From a virus, in IMG/VR virus record IMGVR_UViG_3300027710_001068, positions 6,091-70,090 of that record: a stretch of 64,000 bases of DNA, one strand, 5' to 3'. Below the pieces are notes generated by a model. The model worked only from the letters and a program-made list of their open reading frames with translations. It was not told where the DNA came from and did not search any database. Shown in pieces: positions 45,373 to 54,134 of the stretch. Position numbers and translations under genes: made by a program. Each line of letters starts with the position of its first letter. The first letter of the stretch is position 1.

Positions 45373-47166
45373 ATGAGTACAGTACATGGTATAACGGTAG
45401 ACTATTCTCGTGATGATTTGTTTGATGAGTTGGGAAAACTAAGACTGAAAGAAAGCTACATGAAGGATGATGAAGTGTCTCCTCAAGAAAGGTTTGCGTT
45501 TGTATCTAATGCATTCGGTAGTGATAAAGAACATGCTCAACGTTTGTATGAGTATTCTAGTAAACATTGGCTTTCCTATAGTACACCTATTCTCAGTTTT
45601 GGGCGTAGTGCTCGTGGCCTTCCTATATCATGTTTCTTACCTTATCTACACGATAGTTCATCTGGGTTGGTGGATACGCTTTCAGAAGTAAATTGGCTCA
45701 GCATGCTGGGCGGAGGAGTTGGAATTGGTATTGGAATTCGCTCAGCGGATGATAAGTCGGTTGGAGTCATGCCCCACCTTCGCACATATGACGCATCATC
45801 TCTCGCTTATCGACAAGGTAGGACTCGTCGTGGTAGTTATGCCGCTTATCTTGATATTAGTCATCCGGATATTCTCATATTTTTAGAGATGAGAAAACCA
45901 ACTGGTGATCCCAATATGAGGACCCAGAACTTGCATCATGGTATCAACATACCAGATTCGTTTATGCAACTTGTTGAACGTTGTATGCTTGACCCAGAAG
46001 CTAATGATGATTGGGAATTGAAAGATCCCCACAACGGTGAAGTACGTGAAGTGGTATCTGCTAAGCACTTGTGGCAATCTATCATGGAAATGAGAATGCA
46101 TACAGGAGAACCTTACTTGCATTTCATTGATACTAGTAACCGTGCTATGCCTGAGTTTCAAAAGAAGCTTGGGTTGAGTATCAAGCAATCAAATTTGTGC
46201 AGTGAAATTATTTTACCAACAGATAAGGACCGTACGGCAGTATGTTGCTTATCTTCTTTGAACTTGGAGTATTATGATGATTGGAAAAATGACCGACTTT
46301 TTCTTCGGGACGTTGCTGAGATGCTCGATAACGTCCTTCAGCATTTCATTGATAATGCTCCTGACAGCATATCGCGCGCAAGATTTAGTGCTACTCGCGA
46401 ACGGTCTATTGGTATTGGTGCTCTCGGTTGGCATGCCTATCTACAAAGGAATAACATCCCGTGGGAATCGGCGCTCGCAGTAAGTACCAATCATAAAATC
46501 TTTGGTTATATTAGAGGAGCACTTAACAATGCTAATGTCGAAATTGGAAGAGTTCGCGGAGAAGCACCTGATGCAATGGGGACAGGGCAGCGCTTTAGCC
46601 ACCTTATGGCTATTGCTCCTAATGCTTCTAGTTCAATTATCATGGGTAACACTAGTCCTAGTATCGAGCCTTACAGAGCTAATGCCTATCGTCAAGACAC
46701 TCTTTCAGGTTCTCATCTGACAAAGAATAAGTGGTTAGATAAAATCATTAAGGAAAAATGTGAAGAGAACAATAAGTTGGACTATAGCGAAGTCTGGTCA
46801 AGTATCATCGCCAACGATGGAAGTGTTCAACATCTCGAGTTCCTCGATGACTGGAGCAAAGACGTATTTAAGACCTCAATGGAAATTGATCAGCGATGGC
46901 TTGTACAGCATGCAGCAGACAGACAAGTTTACATTGATCAAGCCCAGTCAGTTAACTTATTCTTCAGGCCTGACTCACACCTCAAGTATCTCCATGCAGT
47001 CCACTTTCAAGCCTGGAAGCAAGGTCTCAAGACGTTATATTATTGCAGATCTGAAAAGATTGGTAAGGCTGACAAAGTCTCTAAAAAGATCGAACGAAAA
47101 GTTATTGAAGAGATTGACATGAAGGCACTTGCTTCCGAAGACGTTTGTTTAGCTTGCGAAGGATAG
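45373..47166 (+). CDS. nrdA: Class I ribonucleotide reductase alpha subunit (no ATP cone)
   Basis: ISCF, SNLCSE, APNASSS, KTLYY and C-terminal CLACEG. Confidence 0.95.
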   Translation: MSTVHGITVDYSRDDLFDELGKLRLKESYMKDDEVSPQERFAFVSNAFGSDKEHAQRLYEYSSKHWLSYSTPILSFGRSARGLPISCFLPYLHDSSSGLVDTLSEVNWLSMLGGGVGIGIGIRSADDKSVGVMPHLRTYDASSLAYRQGRTRRGSYAAYLDISHPDILIFLEMRKPTGDPNMRTQNLHHGINIPDSFMQLVERCMLDPEANDDWELKDPHNGEVREVVSAKHLWQSIMEMRMHTGEPYLHFIDTSNRAMPEFQKKLGLSIKQSNLCSEIILPTDKDRTAVCCLSSLNLEYYDDWKNDRLFLRDVAEMLDNVLQHFIDNAPDSISRARFSATRERSIGIGALGWHAYLQRNNIPWESALAVSTNHKIFGYIRGALNNANVEIGRVRGEAPDAMGTGQRFSHLMAIAPNASSSIIMGNTSPSIEPYRANAYRQDTLSGSHLTKNKWLDKIIKEKCEENNKLDYSEVWSSIIANDGSVQHLEFLDDWSKDVFKTSMEIDQRWLVQHAADRQVYIDQAQSVNLFFRPDSHLKYLHAVHFQAWKQGLKTLYYCRSEKIGKADKVSKKIERKVIEEIDMKALASEDVCLACEG

Positions 47167-47170
47167 AAAA

Positions 47171-47446
47171 ATGGAAGTATTAAGATTTACAGCATCATGG
47201 TGTCAACCATGTAAGGCATTAGCTCAACAACTAAATGAGCTTGAATTGAATGAATATATTACAGTCATTGATATCGATGAGCAACCTGAAATAGCAAAGC
47301 AATATGGGGTAAATACTGTTCCTATGCTAATGGTAATTGATAATAATAAAGAAGTATCGAGACTCCGTGGTGTTAGAGCAAAAGATCTTTTAATAGATTG
47401 GTTTCCTAAAACAATTAATAACAACATAGTCAAATTTAATAACTAA
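47171..47446 (+). CDS. trx: Thioredoxin
   Basis: WCQPC active site; cis-Pro VP. Confidence 0.9.
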   Translation: MEVLRFTASWCQPCKALAQQLNELELNEYITVIDIDEQPEIAKQYGVNTVPMLMVIDNNKEVSRLRGVRAKDLLIDWFPKTINNNIVKFNN

Positions 47447-47447
47447 A

Positions 47448-48440
47448 ATGAACGCAAAAAGAAAATCAAGACTAACAGATGAACGTAGTTCGTTCAAACC
47501 ATTTAACTATCCATGGGCTTACGATGCTTGGTTAAAGCATGAACAAAGCCACTGGCTTCATACAGAAGTTCCAATGCTTGAGGATGTCAAGGATTGGAAA
47601 GGTAAATTGTCCGTTGAAGAGAAGATGTTCCTCACACACATCTTTAGATTCTTCACACAAGGAGATATTGATGTTGCTGGTGGTTACGTTAACAACTACC
47701 TTCCTTACTTCCCACAACCAGAAGTGCGAATGATGTTGCTTGGATTTGCTGCTCGCGAAGCTCTACACATCGCTGCTTACTCTCATTTGATTGAGACTCT
47801 TGGACTTCCAGAAACAATGTACAATCAGTTTCTTGAGTATGCAGAGATGAAAGAGAAGCATGACTATGTACTAGACATCTCTCAGCAAAACTCTACTAAA
47901 GAGAATACTGCCAAACACATTGCTGTATTTTCAGCCTTTACAGAAGGCATGCAGCTATTCAGCTCATTCATTATGTTGTTGAATTTCCCGCGTCATGGAA
48001 AGATGAAGGGGATGGGTCAAATTGTTACTTGGTCAATTGTTGATGAGACTCAACACTGTGAGGGTATGATTAAACTATTCAGAACATACATTCAAGAGAA
48101 TCCGGAGATTTGGAACGATGAGCTTAAAGGACAATTGTATACAATTGCTGAAAAGATGGTTCTACTCGAAGACAGGTTTATTGATCTGGCATTCAGCATG
48201 GGCGGTATGGTTGGTCTTAACGCTGATGACGTTAAACGTTATATCCGCTATATTACTGACCGTCGCCTTATCAGTCTTGGTCTTAAGGGAATTATGAAGG
48301 TGAAGAAGAATCCTCTACCATGGGTCGAGGAAATGATTAATGCTCCCACACACACTAACTTTTTTGAAAACAGAGCAACAGACTATGCTAAGGGTGCACA
48401 CTCCGGCACATGGGATGATGTTTGGGCAAAGGCCGCTTAA
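47448..48440 (+). CDS. nrdB: Class I ribonucleotide reductase beta subunit
   Basis: FFTQGD, EALH..AY, EG, DE..H and NFFE motifs. Confidence 0.96.
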   Translation: MNAKRKSRLTDERSSFKPFNYPWAYDAWLKHEQSHWLHTEVPMLEDVKDWKGKLSVEEKMFLTHIFRFFTQGDIDVAGGYVNNYLPYFPQPEVRMMLLGFAAREALHIAAYSHLIETLGLPETMYNQFLEYAEMKEKHDYVLDISQQNSTKENTAKHIAVFSAFTEGMQLFSSFIMLLNFPRHGKMKGMGQIVTWSIVDETQHCEGMIKLFRTYIQENPEIWNDELKGQLYTIAEKMVLLEDRFIDLAFSMGGMVGLNADDVKRYIRYITDRRLISLGLKGIMKVKKNPLPWVEEMINAPTHTNFFENRATDYAKGAHSGTWDDVWAKAA

Positions 48441-48441
48441 T

Positions 48442-48795
48442 ATGAAAAAACTACTACTATTACCTATTGTATTACTTTCTGGTTGTATGACATTTATTAT
48501 ACCAAAACCACATGACGCTGTGTTGTTTGGTAACTTAGTTGATCTTAAAATCCTAAGTGGTCAAGTAACTTGTGATGATAAACAATATGGTTGGAAGGAA
48601 ATGTTGGATACAATTAACCATCTCAACGTTTATACTACATACCGAAATGATCCTCAAGCAGAAAACATTAAAGGTTTGCATGAAGCTGTAGGTAAAGCTT
48701 ACACTTCTAGCAATCCTGTATTTTGCAAGTCACTCATGAATGTACAACAAAAACGCGTGGATGCCATCATCGATGCATGGAAGGAAAGAAAATGA
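48442..48795 (+). CDS. Lipoprotein
   Basis: MKKLLLLPIVLLSGC lipobox. Confidence 0.8.
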   Translation: MKKLLLLPIVLLSGCMTFIIPKPHDAVLFGNLVDLKILSGQVTCDDKQYGWKEMLDTINHLNVYTTYRNDPQAENIKGLHEAVGKAYTSSNPVFCKSLMNVQQKRVDAIIDAWKERK

Positions 48796-49028
48796 CCGCT
48801 CTAGAAGCTTTGAGAGAAGCTGCGCAAGAACCTACTAAGTTGGGAACCTTGTCTTATGAAATGATGCTGATCGTTGATCAATATAATAATCAATTGATGT
48901 CGCGAGAAGAGTTTGAGTATCTCGTCAAAGAGATTGCTAGTGTTAAAGCTGCTCAGCACTTAGCTGATGATGAGAATGCAAGCCGTTGGATTGTATCAAT
49001 TGCCTCCGCTTTACTTTCTGTTGCATAA
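48792..49028 (+). CDS. Hypothetical protein
   Basis: AAGGA SD; ATGA overlap. Confidence 0.7.
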   Translation: MTALEALREAAQEPTKLGTLSYEMMLIVDQYNNQLMSREEFEYLVKEIASVKAAQHLADDENASRWIVSIASALLSVA

Positions 49029-49037
49029 GGAGCTACC

Positions 49038-49208
49038 ATGTTGGAAAAAGACAGTATAGAACACGTATGTTATGAGTGTGATGCTGAGTTTGTTGTAGAA
49101 CCAATTGGTGAGACTGATGATGCAATCAGCTTTTGCCCATTCTGTGGTTCTGAACTAGATCTTGATCAAGATCTAGATGAAGATGAAGATGAAGATAGCT
49201 GGGATTGA
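49038..49208 (+). CDS. Small zinc-ribbon protein with acidic tail (56 aa)
   Basis: CYEC...CPFCG, DEDEDED; TAAGGAG SD. Not in the ORF track. Confidence 0.8.
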   Translation: MLEKDSIEHVCYECDAEFVVEPIGETDDAISFCPFCGSELDLDQDLDEDEDEDSWD

Positions 49209-49746
49209 TTTTTCCTTATCATCTCCTTCTATTTGTGTTTTCACTGGTACCAAATTTAACTACAAAGAATGCTCTTTTTATTTTTTAACAGATAGAAAAA
49301 AGAATGCGAAGTATTACAATACCAATCTAGTTGGCGCACCAATGGTTGGATATAGTTGTCAAGAAGAGAGATATCACAACATCTCTAGTTGGGCTTTAAC
49401 TGTATTATCAAACCACCACATTGAAAAGGTCTTTATAGAGGATTATGCATTTGCCGCTAACGGAAGAGTATTCCATATTGCAGAGAATTGTGGTGTTTTA
49501 AAATACAAGATGTGGATGGCCAATTATGAAATTACACCAATAGCACCTACACAAATAAAAAAGTTTGCTACTGGTCGTGGTAATGCCAACAAAGAAGATA
49601 TGCAAGTTGCCTTCATTAATGAAACTGGGTATAATCCCAAGTTGGAGCTTAACTTAACTGATAAGCAATGGAACCCCAGTTCCGACATTATTGATAGTTA
49701 TTACATTTGCAAATACGGAAACAATTTACTGACCATAGCTCAGTAG
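49189..49746 (+). CDS. RuvC-like Holliday junction resolvase
   Basis: IAGID, FIEDY, KKFATG.GNA.K and SDIIDSY motifs. Confidence 0.85.
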   Translation: MKIAGIDFSLSSPSICVFTGTKFNYKECSFYFLTDRKKNAKYYNTNLVGAPMVGYSCQEERYHNISSWALTVLSNHHIEKVFIEDYAFAANGRVFHIAENCGVLKYKMWMANYEITPIAPTQIKKFATGRGNANKEDMQVAFINETGYNPKLELNLTDKQWNPSSDIIDSYYICKYGNNLLTIAQ

Positions 49747-49805
49747 GATAGAGCAACAGCCTTCTAAGCTGTCGGTCGGGAGTTCGAATCTCTCTGGTCA
49801 GGCCA
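49729..49805 (+). tRNA. tRNA-Arg (TCT)
   Basis: Cloverleaf with CTGACCA/TGGTCAG, ACAGC-CTTCTAA-GCTGT, TTCGAAT and CCA. Confidence 0.95.
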
Positions 49806-49811
49806 ATTATT

Positions 49812-50009
49812 ATGTACACAAACCAACGCCCAATTTATAAAATCAAACCTAGCGTAAGGTTTAAGAACAACATCACTAACGAGGTGACTCGTGGTGACAT
49901 TGTGAACGAGGAGTTCATTGATGGCAAGCAGTTTTATGTCGTCAAGGTTGGTCCTCGGTTTTTGAAGTTATCAAAAGAAGGTTATACTCTTTTGAAGACT
50001 TCTAATTAA
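49812..50009 (+). CDS. Hypothetical protein
   Basis: 65-aa ORF directly after the tRNA. Confidence 0.65.
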   Translation: MYTNQRPIYKIKPSVRFKNNITNEVTRGDIVNEEFIDGKQFYVVKVGPRFLKLSKEGYTLLKTSN

Positions 50010-50017
50010 TAGGTCTG

Positions 50018-50045
50018 TTGACTTATATTGAAGTATGCGTAGAAT
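50018..50045 (+). promoter_or_regulatory. Sigma70-type promoter
   Basis: TTGACT-N16-TAGAAT. Confidence 0.65.
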
Positions 50046-50092
50046 AGGCTTTCTGCACATGCAGTTTATTTTTAATTTATTATGGAGTCTCT

Positions 50093-50347
50093 ATGACACA
50101 AAAACAACGCCTCGCTTCCGCCTTCTCTAATGGTGCTGAGTTGACAAGCAAGCAAATCCGTTCGCAGTTCAAGATTGCATCACCAACCAAGGTTGTTTCA
50201 CAACTACGTTTGGAAGATGGCATGTCCATCTACTTGAACCAACGTACCGACACTAAGGGTCGTGTTACACAGAAGTACCGCTTGGGTACACCTAGCCGTG
50301 CAATCGTTGCAGCTGGCTACCGTGCTGCTTCTTTGGGTCTTGTCTAA
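50093..50347 (+). CDS. Small basic winged-helix-like DNA-binding protein
   Basis: G.ELT.KQI...F.I.SP..VS.LR...YRLGTPSR; GGAG SD; has its own promoter and terminator. Confidence 0.75.
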   Translation: MTQKQRLASAFSNGAELTSKQIRSQFKIASPTKVVSQLRLEDGMSIYLNQRTDTKGRVTQKYRLGTPSRAIVAAGYRAASLGLV

Positions 50348-50368
50348 TTAATTTGGACTGGCTATAAT
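50340..50368 (+). promoter_or_regulatory. Sigma70-type promoter overlapping a terminator
   Basis: TTGTCT-N17-TATAAT. Confidence 0.7.
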
Positions 50369-50369
50369 C

Positions 50370-50392
50370 AGGGGACTTCGGTCCCCTTTTTT
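50370..50392 (+). terminator. Intrinsic terminator with UUCG tetraloop
   Basis: AGGGGAC-TTCG-GTCCCCT followed by TTTTT. Confidence 0.9.
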
Positions 50393-50405
50393 ATTGGAGA
50401 AACTA

Positions 50406-50678
50406 ATGGCATTGACTGCAGATAAAGACACCTATGATTGGATTATTGGTTTGTTGAAGACTAATAAAGTTCAAGTTATTTTTACTAAAAGTGATGGTAC
50501 CGAACGTACTATGAACTGTACACTACGCGATGATATTGTTATTCCTTATGAAAGAAAGACAGAGAAAGTTAAAGCTGAAAACTTTGATATCGTTCCTTGT
50601 TGGGATATAGATAAAGGGGAATGGAGATCATTTAAAATCTCCTCATTACTTTATGTTAATTTTAGTATAGGTGAGTGA
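50406..50678 (+). CDS. SH3/WYL-like beta-barrel protein
   Basis: FTK.DGTER.M.CTL...WD.DK..WRSFK. Confidence 0.85.
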   Translation: MALTADKDTYDWIIGLLKTNKVQVIFTKSDGTERTMNCTLRDDIVIPYERKTEKVKAENFDIVPCWDIDKGEWRSFKISSLLYVNFSIGE

Positions 50679-50679
50679 A

Positions 50680-51234
50680 ATGAAAATAGGATTCAATTGT
50701 AGTACGTTTGATTTGTTTCATGCTGGTCATGTTACAATGTTAAAAGAAGAGAAACGTTTTTGTGATTATTTAATTGTGGCTATTCAAACAGACCCCACAA
50801 TTGATAGGCCGACAACAAAGAACAAACCAGTTCAATCTATCTACGAGAGATTCAGTCAGGTATCAGCATGCAAATATGTTGATGAAGTTTTAGTATATTC
50901 TACAGAAGAAGATCTGATGAATATGCTTAAGACTCAACACATTAACATTCGCTTCCTTGGAGATGAGTATAAAACCAAACCATTTACTGGAAAGCAGTGG
51001 TGTTTGGATAATGGTGTTGAACTTCACTATCACTTAAGAGAGCATCCTTATAGTAGCTCAGCTCTTCGTAAAAGAGTGTATGAAGCTGAGAACTTTAGAA
51101 TGAGTGTTGCTAATACATCTAATGTCAGTACTATCCCCAGTGGATTCAACGGTACTACTGCTTCCGACTTATCAAGTCTTATGCCAAAATCTTACCAAAG
51201 CATTGTTTCGAGAGATTTGGGATATACAAAATGA
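50680..51234 (+). CDS. Cytidylyltransferase (TagD/HldC-like)
   Basis: TFDLFHAGH, VDEV, GDEY and SSS.LR motifs. Confidence 0.88.
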   Translation: MKIGFNCSTFDLFHAGHVTMLKEEKRFCDYLIVAIQTDPTIDRPTTKNKPVQSIYERFSQVSACKYVDEVLVYSTEEDLMNMLKTQHINIRFLGDEYKTKPFTGKQWCLDNGVELHYHLREHPYSSSALRKRVYEAENFRMSVANTSNVSTIPSGFNGTTASDLSSLMPKSYQSIVSRDLGYTK

Positions 51235-52172
51235 TGAAGCGAATTCTTGTTACAGGCCATAGAGGCTACATTGGTTCTGTTCTTTGCAAAATGCTCAAGG
51301 AGCAAGGTTATTATGTAATTGGTACTGATAATGGTCCTGGTAGTCAATCAAAGTATGTTGATGAGGACTTTTATCTTTGCTTTTCTAATTGCATTCCCTC
51401 AGAGGTAGATGGTATATTTCACTTAGCTGCTAACAGTTTGTTGGGACCTAGTGCGTATGATCCGATGGTGTATTTTGTTAACAACGTTGGTAATACTTCC
51501 AAGATGTTAACTAAACTTGGATGGGATGGTAAACCTCTTCCCAAAGTAGTTTATGCTAGTAGTGCTGCTGTCTATGCTCCTAACTATGATAAGACTCCAA
51601 TTAGTGAAGACTTCCATAAAGACTCACCTAACAACTACGGACTGAGTAAGTGGATGAGTGAGCAGGTGATACAAGCGTATTGTAACGTGTTTAACACGCC
51701 TATAACTTGTTTTCGCTTCTTTAATGTAGCAGGAAGCTATGGTGACGTTGGAATTCAAGATAATACACCTCACTTGATTAGCAAACTGATCCAAGCTCAA
51801 AAAGATAAAGTTAACTTTAAGATCAATGGCGAACACTTTGATACACCAGATGGTACTTGTGTAAGAGATTATGTCCACGTTGTTGACATTTGCAGAGCAA
51901 TGATCCATGCTTATGAAACAATTGACGATCCTGGTTATAGAGCTTACAATCTTGGCTTAGGTATGGGGACATCAGTACTAGAGATGGTTGAGAAGTATTA
52001 TAATGTAACAGGCCACCGTCAGTATGACTTTGTTGGTAAACGTCAGGGTGATCCAGCTTACCTTGTTGCCAATCCCCATAAGTTCAAGGAAGAAACGGGG
52101 TTTGTATATCAACACCATCTGATTGAAGATATGATTAATGATGCTATTGAAGCAAGGAAATTAAATGTTTGA
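51231..52172 (+). CDS. NAD-dependent epimerase (GalE-like)
   Basis: TG..GYIG, SSAAVY, YGLSK and DGTCVRDYVHV motifs. Confidence 0.9.
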   Translation: MMKRILVTGHRGYIGSVLCKMLKEQGYYVIGTDNGPGSQSKYVDEDFYLCFSNCIPSEVDGIFHLAANSLLGPSAYDPMVYFVNNVGNTSKMLTKLGWDGKPLPKVVYASSAAVYAPNYDKTPISEDFHKDSPNNYGLSKWMSEQVIQAYCNVFNTPITCFRFFNVAGSYGDVGIQDNTPHLISKLIQAQKDKVNFKINGEHFDTPDGTCVRDYVHVVDICRAMIHAYETIDDPGYRAYNLGLGMGTSVLEMVEKYYNVTGHRQYDFVGKRQGDPAYLVANPHKFKEETGFVYQHHLIEDMINDAIEARKLNV

Positions 52173-53163
52173 AGAGAATGAGATTTCAATTAAGTCCAAA
52201 GGTGGGACTGAAATGGTTAAGCGTGGGCTAGCAGAACGTCTACCTGAAGGATTGGCCGATGACTTTCAAGTAATATGTTCACGTGTTCGCAATATTGAAG
52301 ATGATAAGATCCGGGTTTATTGGTTACATGATTTACCTGAAGACCCAGAAACTAATCACTTAAAGGATAAGTCTAGTCGAGACCGTTTTCATAAGTTGGT
52401 GTTTTGTGGTCATTGGCAGTACAATCAGTATGTGACAAAGCTTGGTGTGCCACAAGATGATAAGTGTGTTGTGATCGAGACTCCAATCGAGCCTATCCCG
52501 CTTATTCCTAAGTCTAAGGAAGAAATTCGTCTAATCTATACATCGACCCCACAACGTGGGTTGGAATTGTTATACCCCGTTTTTGAAAAGCTGTGTGAAA
52601 AGCATGACAACATCCATCTAGATGTTTTTTCTAGTTTTGCAATTTATGGTTGGGGTGATGCTGATAAGAGATACTCAGAACTGTTTGATAAACTCAAAGC
52701 TCATCCAAAGGTCACTTATCATGGATTTGCAGACAACGACACAGTACGCGAATATCTACAAAAGAGTCACATCCTTGCTTACCCTTCTATTTGGTCAGAG
52801 TGTAACAGTCGTAGTGTCATTGAAGCAATGAGTGCTGGTTTAATGTGTGTTCATCCCAACTTGGCTGGTTTGTCAGACACAGCTGGTGGTTTAACATTCA
52901 TGTACCAATGGGACGAAAACCCTCAAGTGCATGTTAATAAATTCTACCATGCTCTTGATCACGCAATAAGTGTTGTTAACAATGACGAAATGCAGAACTA
53001 TTTGAGATTTGTTAAGATGTATGCGGATAGTAGATACAACTGGAGTAAAATTGCTGGCCAATGGGAAGATGTGATGCATCAATTGAAGGCTAGACATCCT
53101 GATGAGCAGTCTCGTAGAATGCAGAAGCAAGAACAAGCAATGTTCCATTACGTTGTAAAATGA
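52165..53163 (+). CDS. GT-B (GT4-like) glycosyltransferase
   Basis: GGTE, WLHD, YTS.P.RGL and YPS.W.E...IEAM motifs. Confidence 0.88.
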   Translation: MFEENEISIKSKGGTEMVKRGLAERLPEGLADDFQVICSRVRNIEDDKIRVYWLHDLPEDPETNHLKDKSSRDRFHKLVFCGHWQYNQYVTKLGVPQDDKCVVIETPIEPIPLIPKSKEEIRLIYTSTPQRGLELLYPVFEKLCEKHDNIHLDVFSSFAIYGWGDADKRYSELFDKLKAHPKVTYHGFADNDTVREYLQKSHILAYPSIWSECNSRSVIEAMSAGLMCVHPNLAGLSDTAGGLTFMYQWDENPQVHVNKFYHALDHAISVVNNDEMQNYLRFVKMYADSRYNWSKIAGQWEDVMHQLKARHPDEQSRRMQKQEQAMFHYVVK

Positions 53164-54134
53164 TTATCACAAAGACTCCACTGAGGGTCAGCTTCTTCGG
53201 AGGAGGGAGTGACATCCCTCAGTTTTATAACAACAACAGAGGATTGGTTATATCAACAACTATTGATAGACCGATCTACATTGCAGTTAATGGAACTCGT
53301 ACAGCTCACACCAAAGTAGTGTACTCTGAAATTGAAATCGTCAATCACTCATCCCTACTTAAGCATGATCGTGTAAGAGAAGTATTACTATACTACGGTA
53401 TCGACAATCATATTGAGATTGCTTCTTTCTCTGATATACCAACAAAAGGAACTGGACTAGGATCGTCTTCAACATTTACTGTTGGTTTGTTGAAGGCAAT
53501 CCTGGAGATGTCTAAAACTCAATACAATAACTATGAACTAGCTGAGCTTGCTTGTCATATTGAAATTGAAAAGTGCAATCAACCAATTGGCAAACAAGAT
53601 CAGTATGCCGCTGCCTTTGGTGGTTTCAATGCTATTACGTTTGAGGGTAACGATGCAACTGTTATCCCAATCAACATAACTACTGATACAGCTTCTAGGT
53701 TGAATGATAACCTTATTTGTTTCAATACAGGAATCACTAGACAGGCTTCATCGATACTAGAAGATCAGGTAAAGGGGCTTAAAGATGTGGTTAATGTGGA
53801 TAATACTGCTCATATGGTTGATATGGCGGAGGATGCATTCAAATTCCTAATCAAAGGACAGTTAGATGACTTTGGTTCTTTGTTGGGTGATTCATGGGAC
53901 ATTAAAAAGAAGTTGTCTAATAACATTTCTAACTCTACAATAGACGAGATGTATGGTAAAGCCATGAAGGCTGGTGCTTTGGGTGGTAAAATTTTAGGTG
54001 CTGGCGGTGGAGGTTACTTGTTAATGTATGTTCCTCTTAAGAGCCAAGCACGGGTCATTAAAGCCCTAAGTAACTATGAGATATTTGATTTTAATTTTAC
54101 CAATCAAGGTAGTGTAGTGGAGATGAATAAATGA
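53160..54134 (+). CDS. hddA: GHMP kinase, D-glycero-alpha-D-manno-heptose-7-phosphate kinase-like
   Basis: TPLRVSFFGGGSD, GLGSSS, GKQDQY and GAGGGG motifs. Confidence 0.88.
   Translation: MIITKTPLRVSFFGGGSDIPQFYNNNRGLVISTTIDRPIYIAVNGTRTAHTKVVYSEIEIVNHSSLLKHDRVREVLLYYGIDNHIEIASFSDIPTKGTGLGSSSTFTVGLLKAILEMSKTQYNNYELAELACHIEIEKCNQPIGKQDQYAAAFGGFNAITFEGNDATVIPINITTDTASRLNDNLICFNTGITRQASSILEDQVKGLKDVVNVDNTAHMVDMAEDAFKFLIKGQLDDFGSLLGDSWDIKKKLSNNISNSTIDEMYGKAMKAGALGGKILGAGGGGYLLMYVPLKSQARVIKALSNYEIFDFNFTNQGSVVEMNK

Noticed and set aside
19335-48440. Introns or inteins in gp43, uvsX, gp41, thyX, nrdA, nrdB
   Set aside because: All are uninterrupted and of normal length, with no intein splicing motifs noticed.
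49176-49196. GATGAA tandem repeat (MKMKMK / DEDEDED)
   Set aside because: It simply encodes the acidic tail of the zinc-ribbon ORF overlapping the resolvase start; the unit is a multiple of 3, so it is not a phase switch.
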